IMG/VR virus record: IMGVR_UViG_3300044542_000402
Length of the DNA stretch: 64,000 nucleotides
From: an uncultured virus (IMG/VR IMGVR_UViG_3300044542_000402)
Taxonomy: Duplodnaviria > Heunggongvirae > Uroviricota > Caudoviricetes > Herelleviridae
Strand: one strand, 5' to 3'
In this document: piece after piece, positions 49,116 to 58,538 of the stretch
Layout of the letters: each line of letters starts with the position of its first letter
How positions within the stretch are numbered: position 1 is the stretch's first letter
Made by a program: the position numbers and the translations under genes
Notes under the pieces: model-generated
Told to the model about the DNA's origin: nothing
Seen by the model: the letters and a program-made list of their open reading frames with translations, nothing else
Database searches by the model: none

Positions 49116-49299
49116 AGCGGGTCTGAGAAACCAGTTCTCATAAGGAACGACCCACCTCGTTCGCGAGAGGTGGCGTGTGACTGAGCACAAGACCGTCGGT
49201 GTCTATCGCAGAACTGATGTTAATGTGGTTCTGACAAGGGACGATGACACCGCGAGCGGTCCCCGGCTCTCACCGGGGCCTACCACCGCTCGCGGTGCG
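49116..49299 (-). promoter_or_regulatory. CRISPR leader 1
   Basis: Opposite the degenerate end; motifs shared in register with leader 2. Confidence 0.8.
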
Positions 49300-50337
49300 T
49301 CACACTGGTGCAAAGAGTGTCGCCAACGGTTGGAACGTACCGTCGAGGATCATACGCTCCGGGGCGCTGAGCTTGCTGTTCTTCACCGTTCGGATGGGGA
49401 ACGTGCACGCTCCGATGACGCCCCGGGCCGACAGTTCATCGGCTGCGAGCTGTCGTCGTTCCCTGTTGTTCGAGGCGAGGTCGGCGACAACGCGAGATGC
49501 CATCATCGCCCGCCAGAATGCGATCGACACAGGGTGTTCCAGAACGGGGATGACGGCGCTGGCGGGGTGCTCGGCGTAGTGAGGATGAGCGCCCGCCGTC
49601 GCATTGACCTGCCCGACGAGCGGAACAAGTGTGAAGCTCGAGATGCCCCACAGGCCGCACCAGGCCAGTGCCGCGTCGGTGGGACGGGGAGTTGTCAGGC
49701 CGGTCGAGGTCCGCGAGGTCAGCCGGTTCTGGCCTGTAGCGATATCATGACGTTGTCGGCCGGTGATTCCGTCGAGGATCTTATCGGGCTCCCATGTGGA
49801 AATCGCGTCAGCGAGTTTGGCGAGTCTGCTCCAAGTGAAGGTTTTCCCCCGGCTTCTCGACACCATTTCCCACCGGGACGCCGCCCAGTCTGTTTTGAGT
49901 TCTCCTTTCTTGTCGATGATCCAACGACCCGGTTCACCCAGACCGGCGATCATGAGTCGATCCAGATCGGTGAGATCATCGCCGTCCAGGGCGGAATTGC
50001 GCATCCGGTCCAACTGTGCCCACCAGTCGATGGCCACGGTTGGATCATCATTATCCTCGGCGGGCTTGACTCGTGGGCTGAAGACGCCCTGAGGGACCTT
50101 TCCGCCCGAGAGTGTCAACTGCACCCACGAGTCCTTGCCGGTGTGACGCCGGGCGTGGGCCTTGACCGCCTCTCCCGTGTCGGGGCCGTCCCAGGACAGC
50201 CGGGCCCCGGCGGGATCGCCGTCGGTCCATCCGAGACGGACGTGCCGGGCACCGGCCTCCTCCAGGATGCCGGCGAGCCCGGCGAGGGCGAAGTGGGTGA
50301 GGGCGGATTCCAGTCCTCCGATGATGTCGATGATCAT
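49300..50337 (-). CDS. cas8g: Type I-G large subunit Cas8g (short Csb3-type, 345 aa)
   Basis: ATGA-coupled after cas3; ALTHFALAGLA, ASRWEM, TDAALAWCGLWG. Confidence 0.75.
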   Translation of the reverse strand: MIIDIIGGLESALTHFALAGLAGILEEAGARHVRLGWTDGDPAGARLSWDGPDTGEAVKAHARRHTGKDSWVQLTLSGGKVPQGVFSPRVKPAEDNDDPTVAIDWWAQLDRMRNSALDGDDLTDLDRLMIAGLGEPGRWIIDKKGELKTDWAASRWEMVSRSRGKTFTWSRLAKLADAISTWEPDKILDGITGRQRHDIATGQNRLTSRTSTGLTTPRPTDAALAWCGLWGISSFTLVPLVGQVNATAGAHPHYAEHPASAVIPVLEHPVSIAFWRAMMASRVVADLASNNRERRQLAADELSARGVIGACTFPIRTVKNSKLSAPERMILDGTFQPLATLFAPV

Positions 50338-52958
50338 GATCCCTCCCGGGAGACACGGCAGTCCGCTGCACGCAGGACGGCCTCGAGATAGCAACAGGCC
50401 CATGGGCCGATCCGGTGATCCGTGCGATCGATGAGCGAACACCACTCTCCGTCGGCGAACAGGTCGCCGATGAGGCGTCGGAGATCCTCGTCGTCACCAC
50501 TGTTGACCAGTGAGGTGGCGTCGGTCTGCGGCAGGACGCGGCCGTGGCCGTGACTCGTTCCGATGAGGCGCGCCACCAGTTCCGGATCGGCGGCCGCCGT
50601 CAGATACGGCCAGGCCACCGCCACTGAGCGCAGTTCGTGACGCCAGCCGGCGGGCAGCCCGGAGGCCCATCGGTCCCATCGCGCCCTCTGGGCGCTGACG
50701 ATGCTCTTGGCCAGCGGCACTGAACCCTCCGGTGCGTGCAGACGGTATCTCTGGAACCGGTCGTCGGCCTTCCCGTCGTCATGGTGGAGACCCGCCAGTC
50801 CCAGGTCGGTGCAGACGTCGGGGACCAGCCCGAGACTGCGGGCCAGTTGTTCGGCGAGATCGGCGACCGCACTTTGGTGGGCCTCCAGTGTCACCGTGTG
50901 ACCGGACCGGGTCCAGGTCTGGGCCAGCGACTCGTCGGACGCCATGACATCTGCGGGGCTGACGACCAGCCACGGCAGACTCGTACCGTCATCGGGGCAC
51001 GGACCGCAGATGACGACCTGTGCGCCGCTCGGATCGAAGAGTTCCTGGGCCTCGTCCCTGCCGATACCGGCGAGATCGGTGAGCCAGTGATCGTCGGGGT
51101 CCCCGTCCAGGATGACGCGGGTGCCGTCCGGCCCCCAGACGGGGTCGGCGAGGTGCTCGGACTGACTCGCGTCGGCGACGACGACGCCTCCCCGTGTGAG
51201 GGAGTGCCCGTTATCGACGACGACCAGGTCGCCCGCCCTCAGATGCACGTGGCCGTCCGCCTCGGTCGTGATGGGCGACACGTCGCCGTCCCGTTCCAGG
51301 AAGGCACGGGCACGCAGACCGTCGGCGTCCAGGATCTGTGCGACGACGGTCTGCAGGGTGCCCAGGGCCACGGGGAAGATCTCGGCGTCGCACGGTGGTG
51401 TCACGGTCAGTAGGGGCAGCGTCAGCGCGTCGTCGTCGGGCATCCGGTCGCGGATCACCAGTCCTGCCCGGATCTGATCGGGCTCCAGCGAGTCCCGGAT
51501 CCACAACGAGAGCTCCTCGTCGACAAATGCCTGGTCGCTGGTGGCGCGCCACCGCCACACGTCGCCGACGTGGGGAGTCTTGATGAACTCCCGCTGCGGA
51601 GTCGAGGCCGGCGGTGTGACCGCCATGATCGCAGCCGGGCTCGCCCCCTCGGACTCCGGCAGCCGCTCCAGCCACTCCAGTCCGGTCTGCAGGTCGGCGG
51701 CGGGGTATGGGAGTTGGTCGGTGATGTGGTCGGTGTCGGGGCCGACCACGATGATCGGCCCCGCGGCGCGCAGTCCTCGGCGGTTCACCCGCCCGAATCG
51801 CTGCGCGAGAGCGGTGGCCGGTGCCAGTTCGGTGACCAGCCCCGCAAGGTCCGTGTCGATGCCGACCTCGGCGGTCTGTGTCGCCACGAGGAACGACGGC
51901 ACCGTGGCGTCGGACGTCGCATCGAATCCGAACAGCGTGGGATGGCGTCGTTTGAGGGCCTCCAGATCCAACGGTCGCATGGGGCCGGTCCAGCACGGGC
52001 AGTGGCCCAGGGCCTCGGCGAGGCGCGTGGCGGTGTCGATGCGGTTGACGATGCACCCGATCACCCCGTCGGGCATCGTCTCCCGCAGAGCTCTCGCCTC
52101 ATCGGCGAGAGCCGTGATGTATTTCTTGGCAGTTTTCTTGCCGGTCCAGGCCGGGGAGACGATCATCTGCACGGGCTTCCGGCGGGTCAGTCTCGGCGCG
52201 AGACCGGGGTCGGCGAGATCGCCGGACGACAGCCCGATCACCGTCGTGGAGTCCTCGACGCGTGCGGTGGCCGAGGACTCCACGACCTGCAGTCCCGGCA
52301 CGCCGAGATTCTCCGCGGCCCGGGTGGTGTACCGGGAGACCCATCGAGCACTTGCCAGAAGCTGACGCGACAGGTGCGCCTCGTCGATGACGACTGCCGA
52401 GTCGAGGCCCAGCAGCCCGGCCTCGCGTGGACGGGCTGCGCGCGACGTGCCGTAGCCGCGCATGAGGAGCCGGCTGCCCCACATGTCCGGGGTGGCCGCG
52501 ATGACGGCGCATGCACCCGGATCGTCAATCCATGCCCGGTCGATGCCGAGACCGCCCCGCAGGTCGGTCACCACGAGGGGCCGGGCTGCTGGGTCCATGG
52601 CCAGCGATCGCAGCACCCGGCTCATCTCGTCGGCCAGGGGATCTGCGGAGGTCTCCAGCCAGTCCCGGACACGAGTGGCCCGGTCGGCCTGGGAGTCGAC
52701 CAGGGCCCGCCGGTCCACGACGGTGCACAGACGCCGAGGCAGTCGCGGCCCGGCACCGTCGGCCGACAGCGCCGTGGCGAAGATGTGCACCTCCACCACG
52801 GCGCTCTTGCCCGAGCCGGTCGGCGCGGTGATCGCGTCGGGCCACCGTCCCTGCTCGATCAGTGAGGCTAGCAGCCTCGTCTGCCAGTCGAACGGCGTGT
52901 GGTCATTGTTGATGGCGGCAAAGAACGCCGGGAAGTCGGCGATGGACAGTGATGTCAT
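50334..52958 (-). CDS. cas3: Type I-G Cas3 helicase with C-terminal HD nuclease (874 aa)
   Basis: PFDWQ, APTGSGKS, VDRRALVD, IDEAHL, SAT, VATQTAEVG, QRFGRVNRRG; HQ, HHDDGK, WRHE, SHGHGR. Confidence 0.95.
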   Translation of the reverse strand: MTSLSIADFPAFFAAINNDHTPFDWQTRLLASLIEQGRWPDAITAPTGSGKSAVVEVHIFATALSADGAGPRLPRRLCTVVDRRALVDSQADRATRVRDWLETSADPLADEMSRVLRSLAMDPAARPLVVTDLRGGLGIDRAWIDDPGACAVIAATPDMWGSRLLMRGYGTSRAARPREAGLLGLDSAVVIDEAHLSRQLLASARWVSRYTTRAAENLGVPGLQVVESSATARVEDSTTVIGLSSGDLADPGLAPRLTRRKPVQMIVSPAWTGKKTAKKYITALADEARALRETMPDGVIGCIVNRIDTATRLAEALGHCPCWTGPMRPLDLEALKRRHPTLFGFDATSDATVPSFLVATQTAEVGIDTDLAGLVTELAPATALAQRFGRVNRRGLRAAGPIIVVGPDTDHITDQLPYPAADLQTGLEWLERLPESEGASPAAIMAVTPPASTPQREFIKTPHVGDVWRWRATSDQAFVDEELSLWIRDSLEPDQIRAGLVIRDRMPDDDALTLPLLTVTPPCDAEIFPVALGTLQTVVAQILDADGLRARAFLERDGDVSPITTEADGHVHLRAGDLVVVDNGHSLTRGGVVVADASQSEHLADPVWGPDGTRVILDGDPDDHWLTDLAGIGRDEAQELFDPSGAQVVICGPCPDDGTSLPWLVVSPADVMASDESLAQTWTRSGHTVTLEAHQSAVADLAEQLARSLGLVPDVCTDLGLAGLHHDDGKADDRFQRYRLHAPEGSVPLAKSIVSAQRARWDRWASGLPAGWRHELRSVAVAWPYLTAAADPELVARLIGTSHGHGRVLPQTDATSLVNSGDDEDLRRLIGDLFADGEWCSLIDRTDHRIGPWACCYLEAVLRAADCRVSREGS

Positions 52959-54517
52959 GGTTCCTCCGGGGTATCGACGGGGACGAGCAGGCCCCCGCCC
53001 AGGTGGCGGGACTGCCCGATGGCCAGCAGGGCGCGGTCGGTGATGAAGTTCCCCAGATCGAGACTGGCCTCGTAGGGCTGGACGACGCCGAGCGAGTCGG
53101 GGATTCTGTGGACATAGCGCTCGACCCTCGAGTCCGGGATCCGGCGGGTCGCCAGAACGCGGGGCGCGTTCTCGGTGGCCGACACCACATCGGTCATGGA
53201 CCAGTAGTCGCGGGCCGGTACGGGATCGAACCGGTCGCGGCCGACATGGAACAACGACAGCAGGGCGGCCCGTTCGAAGTCCCACCGGTCTCCATTCGGA
53301 CGACTCGGTTGACGTCGGGTCTCCGGTACCAGCCCGTGCAGACTGCGCCATGTGCGGTGCCAGCCAGGCTGGACCTGCGGCCAGAAGGTTCTCAGGTCGA
53401 TGCCGGACGCCCGGCCCAGATGCAGCCGGCCCAGGGTGCGCGACCACACCTGAAGATGGGGAGCGTCGAGCGTGTGGATGAGCCGGGCGCGATCGGTGAC
53501 GGGCAGATCCCGCGGCAGCATCAGGAGCAGAGCACCGTGAGGGAAGTCCTCGACCGGTCTGGTCACCGGTGCCAGGCCGGGCGCGATGTACTGGATGGCG
53601 ATGTTGTTGGCCGGTCGGGCCGCGCCCTCGGTGCGATGCCCCGTGATGCTGGAGGGAACGTCGGGGGCCATTCTGGCCACCAGCATCCTGTGGAGGGCCG
53701 TGCACCAGGCGACGACGTCGTCGGCGCGGATCCGGCGCGACGTCGTCACGATGGGCAGCAGGATACCGGACGGCCAGGGCTCCGGCGGTGGAGGGGGCGC
53801 GGGACGCTCGTACTGGATGTTCCGCAACCCTTTCGTGGGGACGGATGAGGCTTTCGTGGATTCCTTACTTTTCACCGCATCGTTGGCCGACGTGGGCAGC
53901 TTCTTCGGATGGGCCGTGCTCCAGATGTCCTGCAGGGCGTCCAGACGCCCTGCAGCAGGCGTTCGCACAGCGATCCCCCGGGGATGGAGCTGGGACGGAT
54001 GCGCCACGAGGCAATGGGTGATCTCTATCGGACCGGTCTCCAGGATCACGGGCGAGTCCGTCTCCCCCAGGCAGGACACGTCGGCGCAGAGCCGTGCGAC
54101 GGTCTCGGCCACCTCGTCGGGAACCTCCGGCCAGAGCCATCCGAGGGCTCCGGCCAGAGCCGTGGCCCCACCGGTCGCCCGGGACGCGATATCGATATCA
54201 CGGATGTGCGTCTTCGGATCGAGCTTCTTGAGAACACCCTGGTTGCGATAGGCGATGAGGCCGCTGGCGAATCGTGCGTGATCGGGAATCATGAGCGCGG
54301 CCGGTGGGTGGGCCTCCAGCCATGTCAACGCCGTGGCAGACGCATCGGAGACGACCAGCCGCCCGCCACGACTGTCCGCGGCGGTCCCGGACCCGGCCGC
54401 ATTGACCAGGGCCGAGTACAGCCGGGCCGTGTCGGGCAGTTCGGCGATCGAACCGTCCTTGGCATGACCCTGGAAGACGCCCAGCGGGAAACGGGCCGTG
54501 ATGGACAACCGGGTCAT
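52955..54517 (-). CDS. csb2: Type I-G Csb2 (Cas5/Cas6 fusion, 520 aa)
   Basis: ELPDTARLYSALV, CLGETDS, C-terminal Gly loop IGQSRHLGGGLLVP. Confidence 0.92.
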   Translation of the reverse strand: MTRLSITARFPLGVFQGHAKDGSIAELPDTARLYSALVNAAGSGTAADSRGGRLVVSDASATALTWLEAHPPAALMIPDHARFASGLIAYRNQGVLKKLDPKTHIRDIDIASRATGGATALAGALGWLWPEVPDEVAETVARLCADVSCLGETDSPVILETGPIEITHCLVAHPSQLHPRGIAVRTPAAGRLDALQDIWSTAHPKKLPTSANDAVKSKESTKASSVPTKGLRNIQYERPAPPPPPEPWPSGILLPIVTTSRRIRADDVVAWCTALHRMLVARMAPDVPSSITGHRTEGAARPANNIAIQYIAPGLAPVTRPVEDFPHGALLLMLPRDLPVTDRARLIHTLDAPHLQVWSRTLGRLHLGRASGIDLRTFWPQVQPGWHRTWRSLHGLVPETRRQPSRPNGDRWDFERAALLSLFHVGRDRFDPVPARDYWSMTDVVSATENAPRVLATRRIPDSRVERYVHRIPDSLGVVQPYEASLDLGNFITDRALLAIGQSRHLGGGLLVPVDTPEEP

Positions 54518-54519
54518 GA

Positions 54520-55764
54520 TCAGGACTCCTCCTGCGCGTCGTCGTCCGCCTCGGCGGTCATACCGCCGAGAACGATGGGGTTGCCGGTCACCTCGAAGAT
54601 CCGGCCGTCCCAGGTGATCCCGGCCGTGGTGCGTGCGGTCTCGACGGCGGCCTGGAGCATCGGTCCGGTGACCTCCGGCTTGAGCTGGGCGAGGTCGCGG
54701 TGCGTGCCGTGACGGGTGTCCAGCTCGACATGGGCCGGACCGGCCTCCCTGAGGTCGCAGTTCGCCCGGAGCGCCAGCTCTTCGTCGGACAGGGCGATGC
54801 CGTGGAGCACCAGGGCGGCCAGCAGGGCGCGGCACGCCACAGTGGCCTCCTCGTCGTCGCCGAACCGGATCTGGCGCAGGGCGGCGAACGACAGCACGTG
54901 CGACCGGATGATCTGACTGCAGGACACCAGCCCCAGGGCCTCTAGGTTCGGGGGGATGGACCCCAGGCCGAACTTTGAGGCGGAGAGCTTCTCGCCCTTC
55001 TTCGCCGCCGTGGCCTTCTTCGTGATCTCATCGACCGTGCTCTTGCTCATCCAGGCTTTCTGGACGTCGAGCACCCCCAGTGTCTCGGGGCCGGTGAGGT
55101 GCACGCCGGAGGCCACGGTGTCGGTACGGGCCGCTCCGCGATGGCCCGGGTGACGGCCTCGGCCGGTCTGATCGGCCAGGACGCCGATGATCTCCCCGAC
55201 TGCCGTCGAACGGTACCGGTTCTGGTGGGATCCGCGGGTGGAGTCCCAGGACCCCAGGGCCAGGCTCAACGGGCTCAGCGCCAGTAGAGCGGTGGCGTCG
55301 GCGGGACCGGCGTTGCGGGCCGCGATGTAGTCGGGGCATTCAATGACCGGCTTGCCGTCGTGGGTGCCGACACGAATATGGGCGTCGGTGTAGCGGTGCG
55401 GCAGCTGGTAGTCGAAGAAGGTGAGATCCGGGTCGTCATCCCTGTAGTAGGTGACCCGGATGCTCGGCATCCCGGCCAGAGCGGGGTCGCCGGCGCGGAT
55501 GGCCGCGGCGACGGCGCTCTCGATCCGGTTGAGCTGGCTGGCTTTTCCGTCGACGAGGACCGTGTCGCGGGCCTCGCCGTCGATGTAGCGGGGCTCGAAG
55601 TCATAAACGCCCTTGGAGCTCCGGCCCTTGCCGGTGGTGTAGCGGGCCGGGGCGATACCGGCGTGCGGCCCGGCGGCCGGGACGAGGTCGGTGATCGAGG
55701 AGAGGCAGGTCGAACCTCCGGCGCGACAGGCGGCGTCGAGATCGGCGTAGGTGAGGGTGTCCAT
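54520..55764 (-). CDS. csb1: Type I-G Csb1 (Cas7)
   Basis: IAPARY, VDGKASQLNRIE, LPHRYTDAHIR, SLALGSWDS, LSFAALRQIRFG, LRANCDL. Confidence 0.93.
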   Translation of the reverse strand: MDTLTYADLDAACRAGGSTCLSSITDLVPAAGPHAGIAPARYTTGKGRSSKGVYDFEPRYIDGEARDTVLVDGKASQLNRIESAVAAAIRAGDPALAGMPSIRVTYYRDDDPDLTFFDYQLPHRYTDAHIRVGTHDGKPVIECPDYIAARNAGPADATALLALSPLSLALGSWDSTRGSHQNRYRSTAVGEIIGVLADQTGRGRHPGHRGAARTDTVASGVHLTGPETLGVLDVQKAWMSKSTVDEITKKATAAKKGEKLSASKFGLGSIPPNLEALGLVSCSQIIRSHVLSFAALRQIRFGDDEEATVACRALLAALVLHGIALSDEELALRANCDLREAGPAHVELDTRHGTHRDLAQLKPEVTGPMLQAAVETARTTAGITWDGRIFEVTGNPIVLGGMTAEADDDAQEES

Positions 55765-55845
55765 GAAATGGATCCTTTCCGGTGGTGATAGTCCTCACAT
55801 ATCCCGGAACGGCTGTGCCGTTCCGTCGAGAGCTGAGGACTGAAT

Positions 55846-56315
55846 ATGTGAGTGAAGGGCTCCGTTGGAAGACGGAGCGATGGCGTGTAATACATGCCCT
55901 ATCCCGAAACTCCCAACACCTCAATGAAGGATCTTCTTAGAAGAATGGGTGACTCATTAACTGGCCTGAATCCGCTGAGCCTTCCTATCCCGATGAAGGG
56001 CTCCGTCAGAAGAAAGAGCAACACCTGAACCCCACAATTCCCCACAATTCGAGAGGAAACCTCAATGAAGGACTCCTTCAGAAGAAGGAGCAACAGCCAG
56101 ATAACGACGTTATCGCGGACCTGGCCAAGACCTCAATGAAGGACCCCTTCAGAAGAAGGAGCAGCTACAGGCCATCCCTGATCTTGGCCTTCCCGTTGAG
56201 GCCACCTCGATGAAGGACCCCTTCAGAAGAAGGAGCAGCCCGCCGGACTGGCCAGGTGGTAGATGGAATCCGTATCGCAACCTCAATGAAGGACCCCTTC
56301 AGAAGAAGGAGCAGC
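55846..56315 (-). CRISPR. CRISPR array 2: 7 repeats (36 bp, progressively degenerate), 6 spacers (33-40 bp)
   Basis: + strand ACCTCAATGAAGGACCCCTTCAGAAGAAGGAGCAGC at 56130, 56204 (1 mismatch), 56280; variants at 56059, 55987, 55918, 55846. Confidence 0.93.
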
Positions 56316-56498
56316 AGCGGTCGTTGTAAACGGGTCTTGACAAGGTTGCGAACACATCCTCTGCGAGAGGTTTGATGATGCGGCGTTGTCGCGCTCGATG
56401 ATGCCCGGTGCATCATTATTCAATATGTGTCCGACAAGGGGTGATGGTAACGCGAGCGGTCCTCGGGGCTCATTGGATGATATGACCGCTCGCGTTAC
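56316..56498 (-). promoter_or_regulatory. CRISPR leader 2 (probably also drives cas operon)
   Basis: Same motif phasing as leader 1; same strand as and upstream of csb1. Confidence 0.75.
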
Positions 56499-56503
56499 AG
56501 GGC

Positions 56504-56749
56504 TCACCACCTGGCGACGAGGTCCCGGGGTCGGGACTGGCGCTCAGCCAGGAACGCGCTCAGATCCTCGGGGTCGACGCGCCATTTGGCGCTGGTTCCG
56601 GGGCCGGACACATTGACGGCGCGCAGTTCGCCGCTGTGGATGAGTCGGCGCACCCACCACGGGGTGACGCCGAGTGTCTCGGCGACGGTTGTCGTGTCGA
56701 GCAGGGCGTTGCGAGTGGCCAGTTCGTGGAGGTCGGCGTCCAGGGTCAT
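56504..56749 (-). CDS. Excisionase-family HTH DNA-binding protein
   Basis: LLDTTTVAETLGVTPWWVRRLIHSGELRA...WRVDPEDL. Confidence 0.82.
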   Translation of the reverse strand: MTLDADLHELATRNALLDTTTVAETLGVTPWWVRRLIHSGELRAVNVSGPGTSAKWRVDPEDLSAFLAERQSRPRDLVARW

Positions 56750-56771
56750 GATGTGGTCTCTTTCTGATATG

Positions 56772-57431
56772 TCAGTGCCGTAGCAGATGATTGGGCCCCG
56801 GTGCGCCGTCCAGAGCCTCGGTGAGCACGAGTCGACCCTTGGCGTTCAGGCCGATCCGGTAGAGCAGGGTGTGTCCGTCCTCGGTCGTCACCGCCGCCGA
56901 GACGGGTCCCGGGTATCCCCGTCCGGGGTCGGCCAGCCCGTCGAGCCGGTCCGTGTAAGTGCCCCATGGTGCGAGGTCGCAGGTGCTGAACAGGTCCCCC
57001 TCCAGGTGCGTACATCCACCGGAACCGCCGGTGTGGTCGATCACGCTGATGACCTCGGTGTCGGACACCCTGGTGATCGCGTATCGGCTGACGAGATCGT
57101 GACGGGCAGACTCTGCCATGCGGGTCGCCGCTCGGTTCCGGACCTGTTCGGAAGCACCGGGGATCCAGTGGGATGAGGCGACAGCGCCGGCCACTCCGAT
57201 GAGGACGAAGCCGGACAGCATGCAGACGATCATGACTGTCGTGAGGACGATGAGGGAACGGTGGAACGGGCGACGTGGAGGTCCGGAGGGGTTGCGGGCG
57301 AGGACCACGAGGAATGCCATGCACGCGATAACGACGAGGACGAGTCCGGTGACGGCGAGACCGGTGCCATCGTCGCCGACGGAGTGTCCGAGGGTGCGGA
57401 GATGGGCTTCGATGGCGTCGCGGGTCGTCAC
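56772..57431 (-). CDS. Two-TM membrane protein
   Basis: GTG 57431 overlapping upstream stop; two TM helices. Confidence 0.55.
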   Translation of the reverse strand: MTTRDAIEAHLRTLGHSVGDDGTGLAVTGLVLVVIACMAFLVVLARNPSGPPRRPFHRSLIVLTTVMIVCMLSGFVLIGVAGAVASSHWIPGASEQVRNRAATRMAESARHDLVSRYAITRVSDTEVISVIDHTGGSGGCTHLEGDLFSTCDLAPWGTYTDRLDGLADPGRGYPGPVSAAVTTEDGHTLLYRIGLNAKGRLVLTEALDGAPGPNHLLRH

Positions 57432-57757
57432 GCGGCGGCGCTCACATCGAGCAGCTCCCGTTCGGGGGCCAGGATGACGCGGGTCCCGGTGAAGGACAGC
57501 CACTGGTCGCCGTGCTGCGGCGAGCGGTACCACGTGCGGATCCGCCCGTTGCGGCCATGCCGGGCGCGGATGACCCCGATGTCGTCGCCGACGAAGGGGG
57601 TGGGATCGATGAGTTCGTCGAGGAACCGGATCGACCCGGAGGCGTCGCGCCACTGGAAGGCGTTGTGCGGATTGCGGTACCAGCGGGCCGGGTCGCCTCC
57701 CGGCGTCTCGGAGGCCAGGACGACCTCGGTGGACTCGGTGATGACGGGCGTGATCAT
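57428..57757 (-). CDS. Hypothetical protein
   Basis: GAAAG RBS; operon-like arrangement. Confidence 0.6.
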   Translation of the reverse strand: MITPVITESTEVVLASETPGGDPARWYRNPHNAFQWRDASGSIRFLDELIDPTPFVGDDIGVIRARHGRNGRIRTWYRSPQHGDQWLSFTGTRVILAPERELLDVSAAA

Positions 57758-57797
57758 GATGTGCGCTTTCTCGAACAGGGTCGCGAGGGTGGGAGGA

Positions 57798-57905
57798 TCA
57801 GAACGGCGGCAGGAGCTTGCGAGCCGTCTCGACGGCCTTGCTGATGGCCTCCTGCCTGGCGTTGTGGTTCTCGACGGTCTCGGCGTCGATTGAGACGTGA
57901 GTCAT
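57798..57905 (-). CDS. 35-aa small protein
   Basis: CAGGAG RBS; MTHVSIDAETVENHNARQEAISKAVETARKLLPPF. Confidence 0.45.
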   Translation of the reverse strand: MTHVSIDAETVENHNARQEAISKAVETARKLLPPF

Positions 57906-58283
57906 GGTGTTCTCCTGATGATGGGATGATGAACAGTGGTGCCGGGTATTACTCCTGATGGAGGGACCAGCCCCCGGATTCGCCGATCCATTCAGTGATG
58001 ACAGTGGGTTCGGACAGATGGAGGACACCGTGATCGGTTCGGGCGTCCACAAGGAGATCGCCGGACACGACGGTTCTGTCGAGGTGGATGTCACCGCCGA
58101 TGACAGCCCTGTCGGTGACACGAATGTTTCCGGTCACGGTGCCGCCGGTGATGACGAGATCGTTGCCGATCCGGGTGGTCGTGTCCACAACGAGATCACC
58201 GGAGACGTATGTCCCTGAAATGGGCCGCGGGGAAGAAAGGAGGAGATAATCCGCGGCGGCCGAGAGGAACGAGCGTGCGGGTC

Positions 58284-58538
58284 TCAGGCAGCCTCGGCGG
58301 CCACCGGGACGGGAGCCCGGCTGATGAGCGGCCAGTAGACACCGGCCTGGACGACTCCGCGGGGCCGGGGCATGGTCGCGGTCCAGGCCTGGCAGACCGC
58401 CAGTACCGGGCAGTTCCGGCACACCTCGACGGCCTCGTCCCTGTCGGCCTTGCGATCCACCTCGGTGAACCCGGACAGCTGGAGGCAGGTGCCGTCCGCC
58501 AGAGCGCGCGGCGGCGGTGTGATCGCGGTGATGCGCAT
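58284..58538 (-). CDS. WhiB-like Fe-S transcription factor
   Basis: C-x21-CxxC-x5-C then GVVQAGV turn variant. Confidence 0.8.
   Translation of the reverse strand: MRITAITPPPRALADGTCLQLSGFTEVDRKADRDEAVEVCRNCPVLAVCQAWTATMPRPRGVVQAGVYWPLISRAPVPVAAEAA

Noticed and set aside
55275..55895. ORFs within or starting in the CRISPR arrays (also 48724-48933, 56165-56416); CreT-like toxin RNA
   Set aside because: Translations of repeats and spacers; no convincing SD-start-rare-codon-hairpin unit
57949..58230. Beta-helix/bactofilin-like reading frame on - strand
   Set aside because: Sequence looks coding (VSGDLVVD, VTGNIRVT) but has no credible start; possibly a remnant
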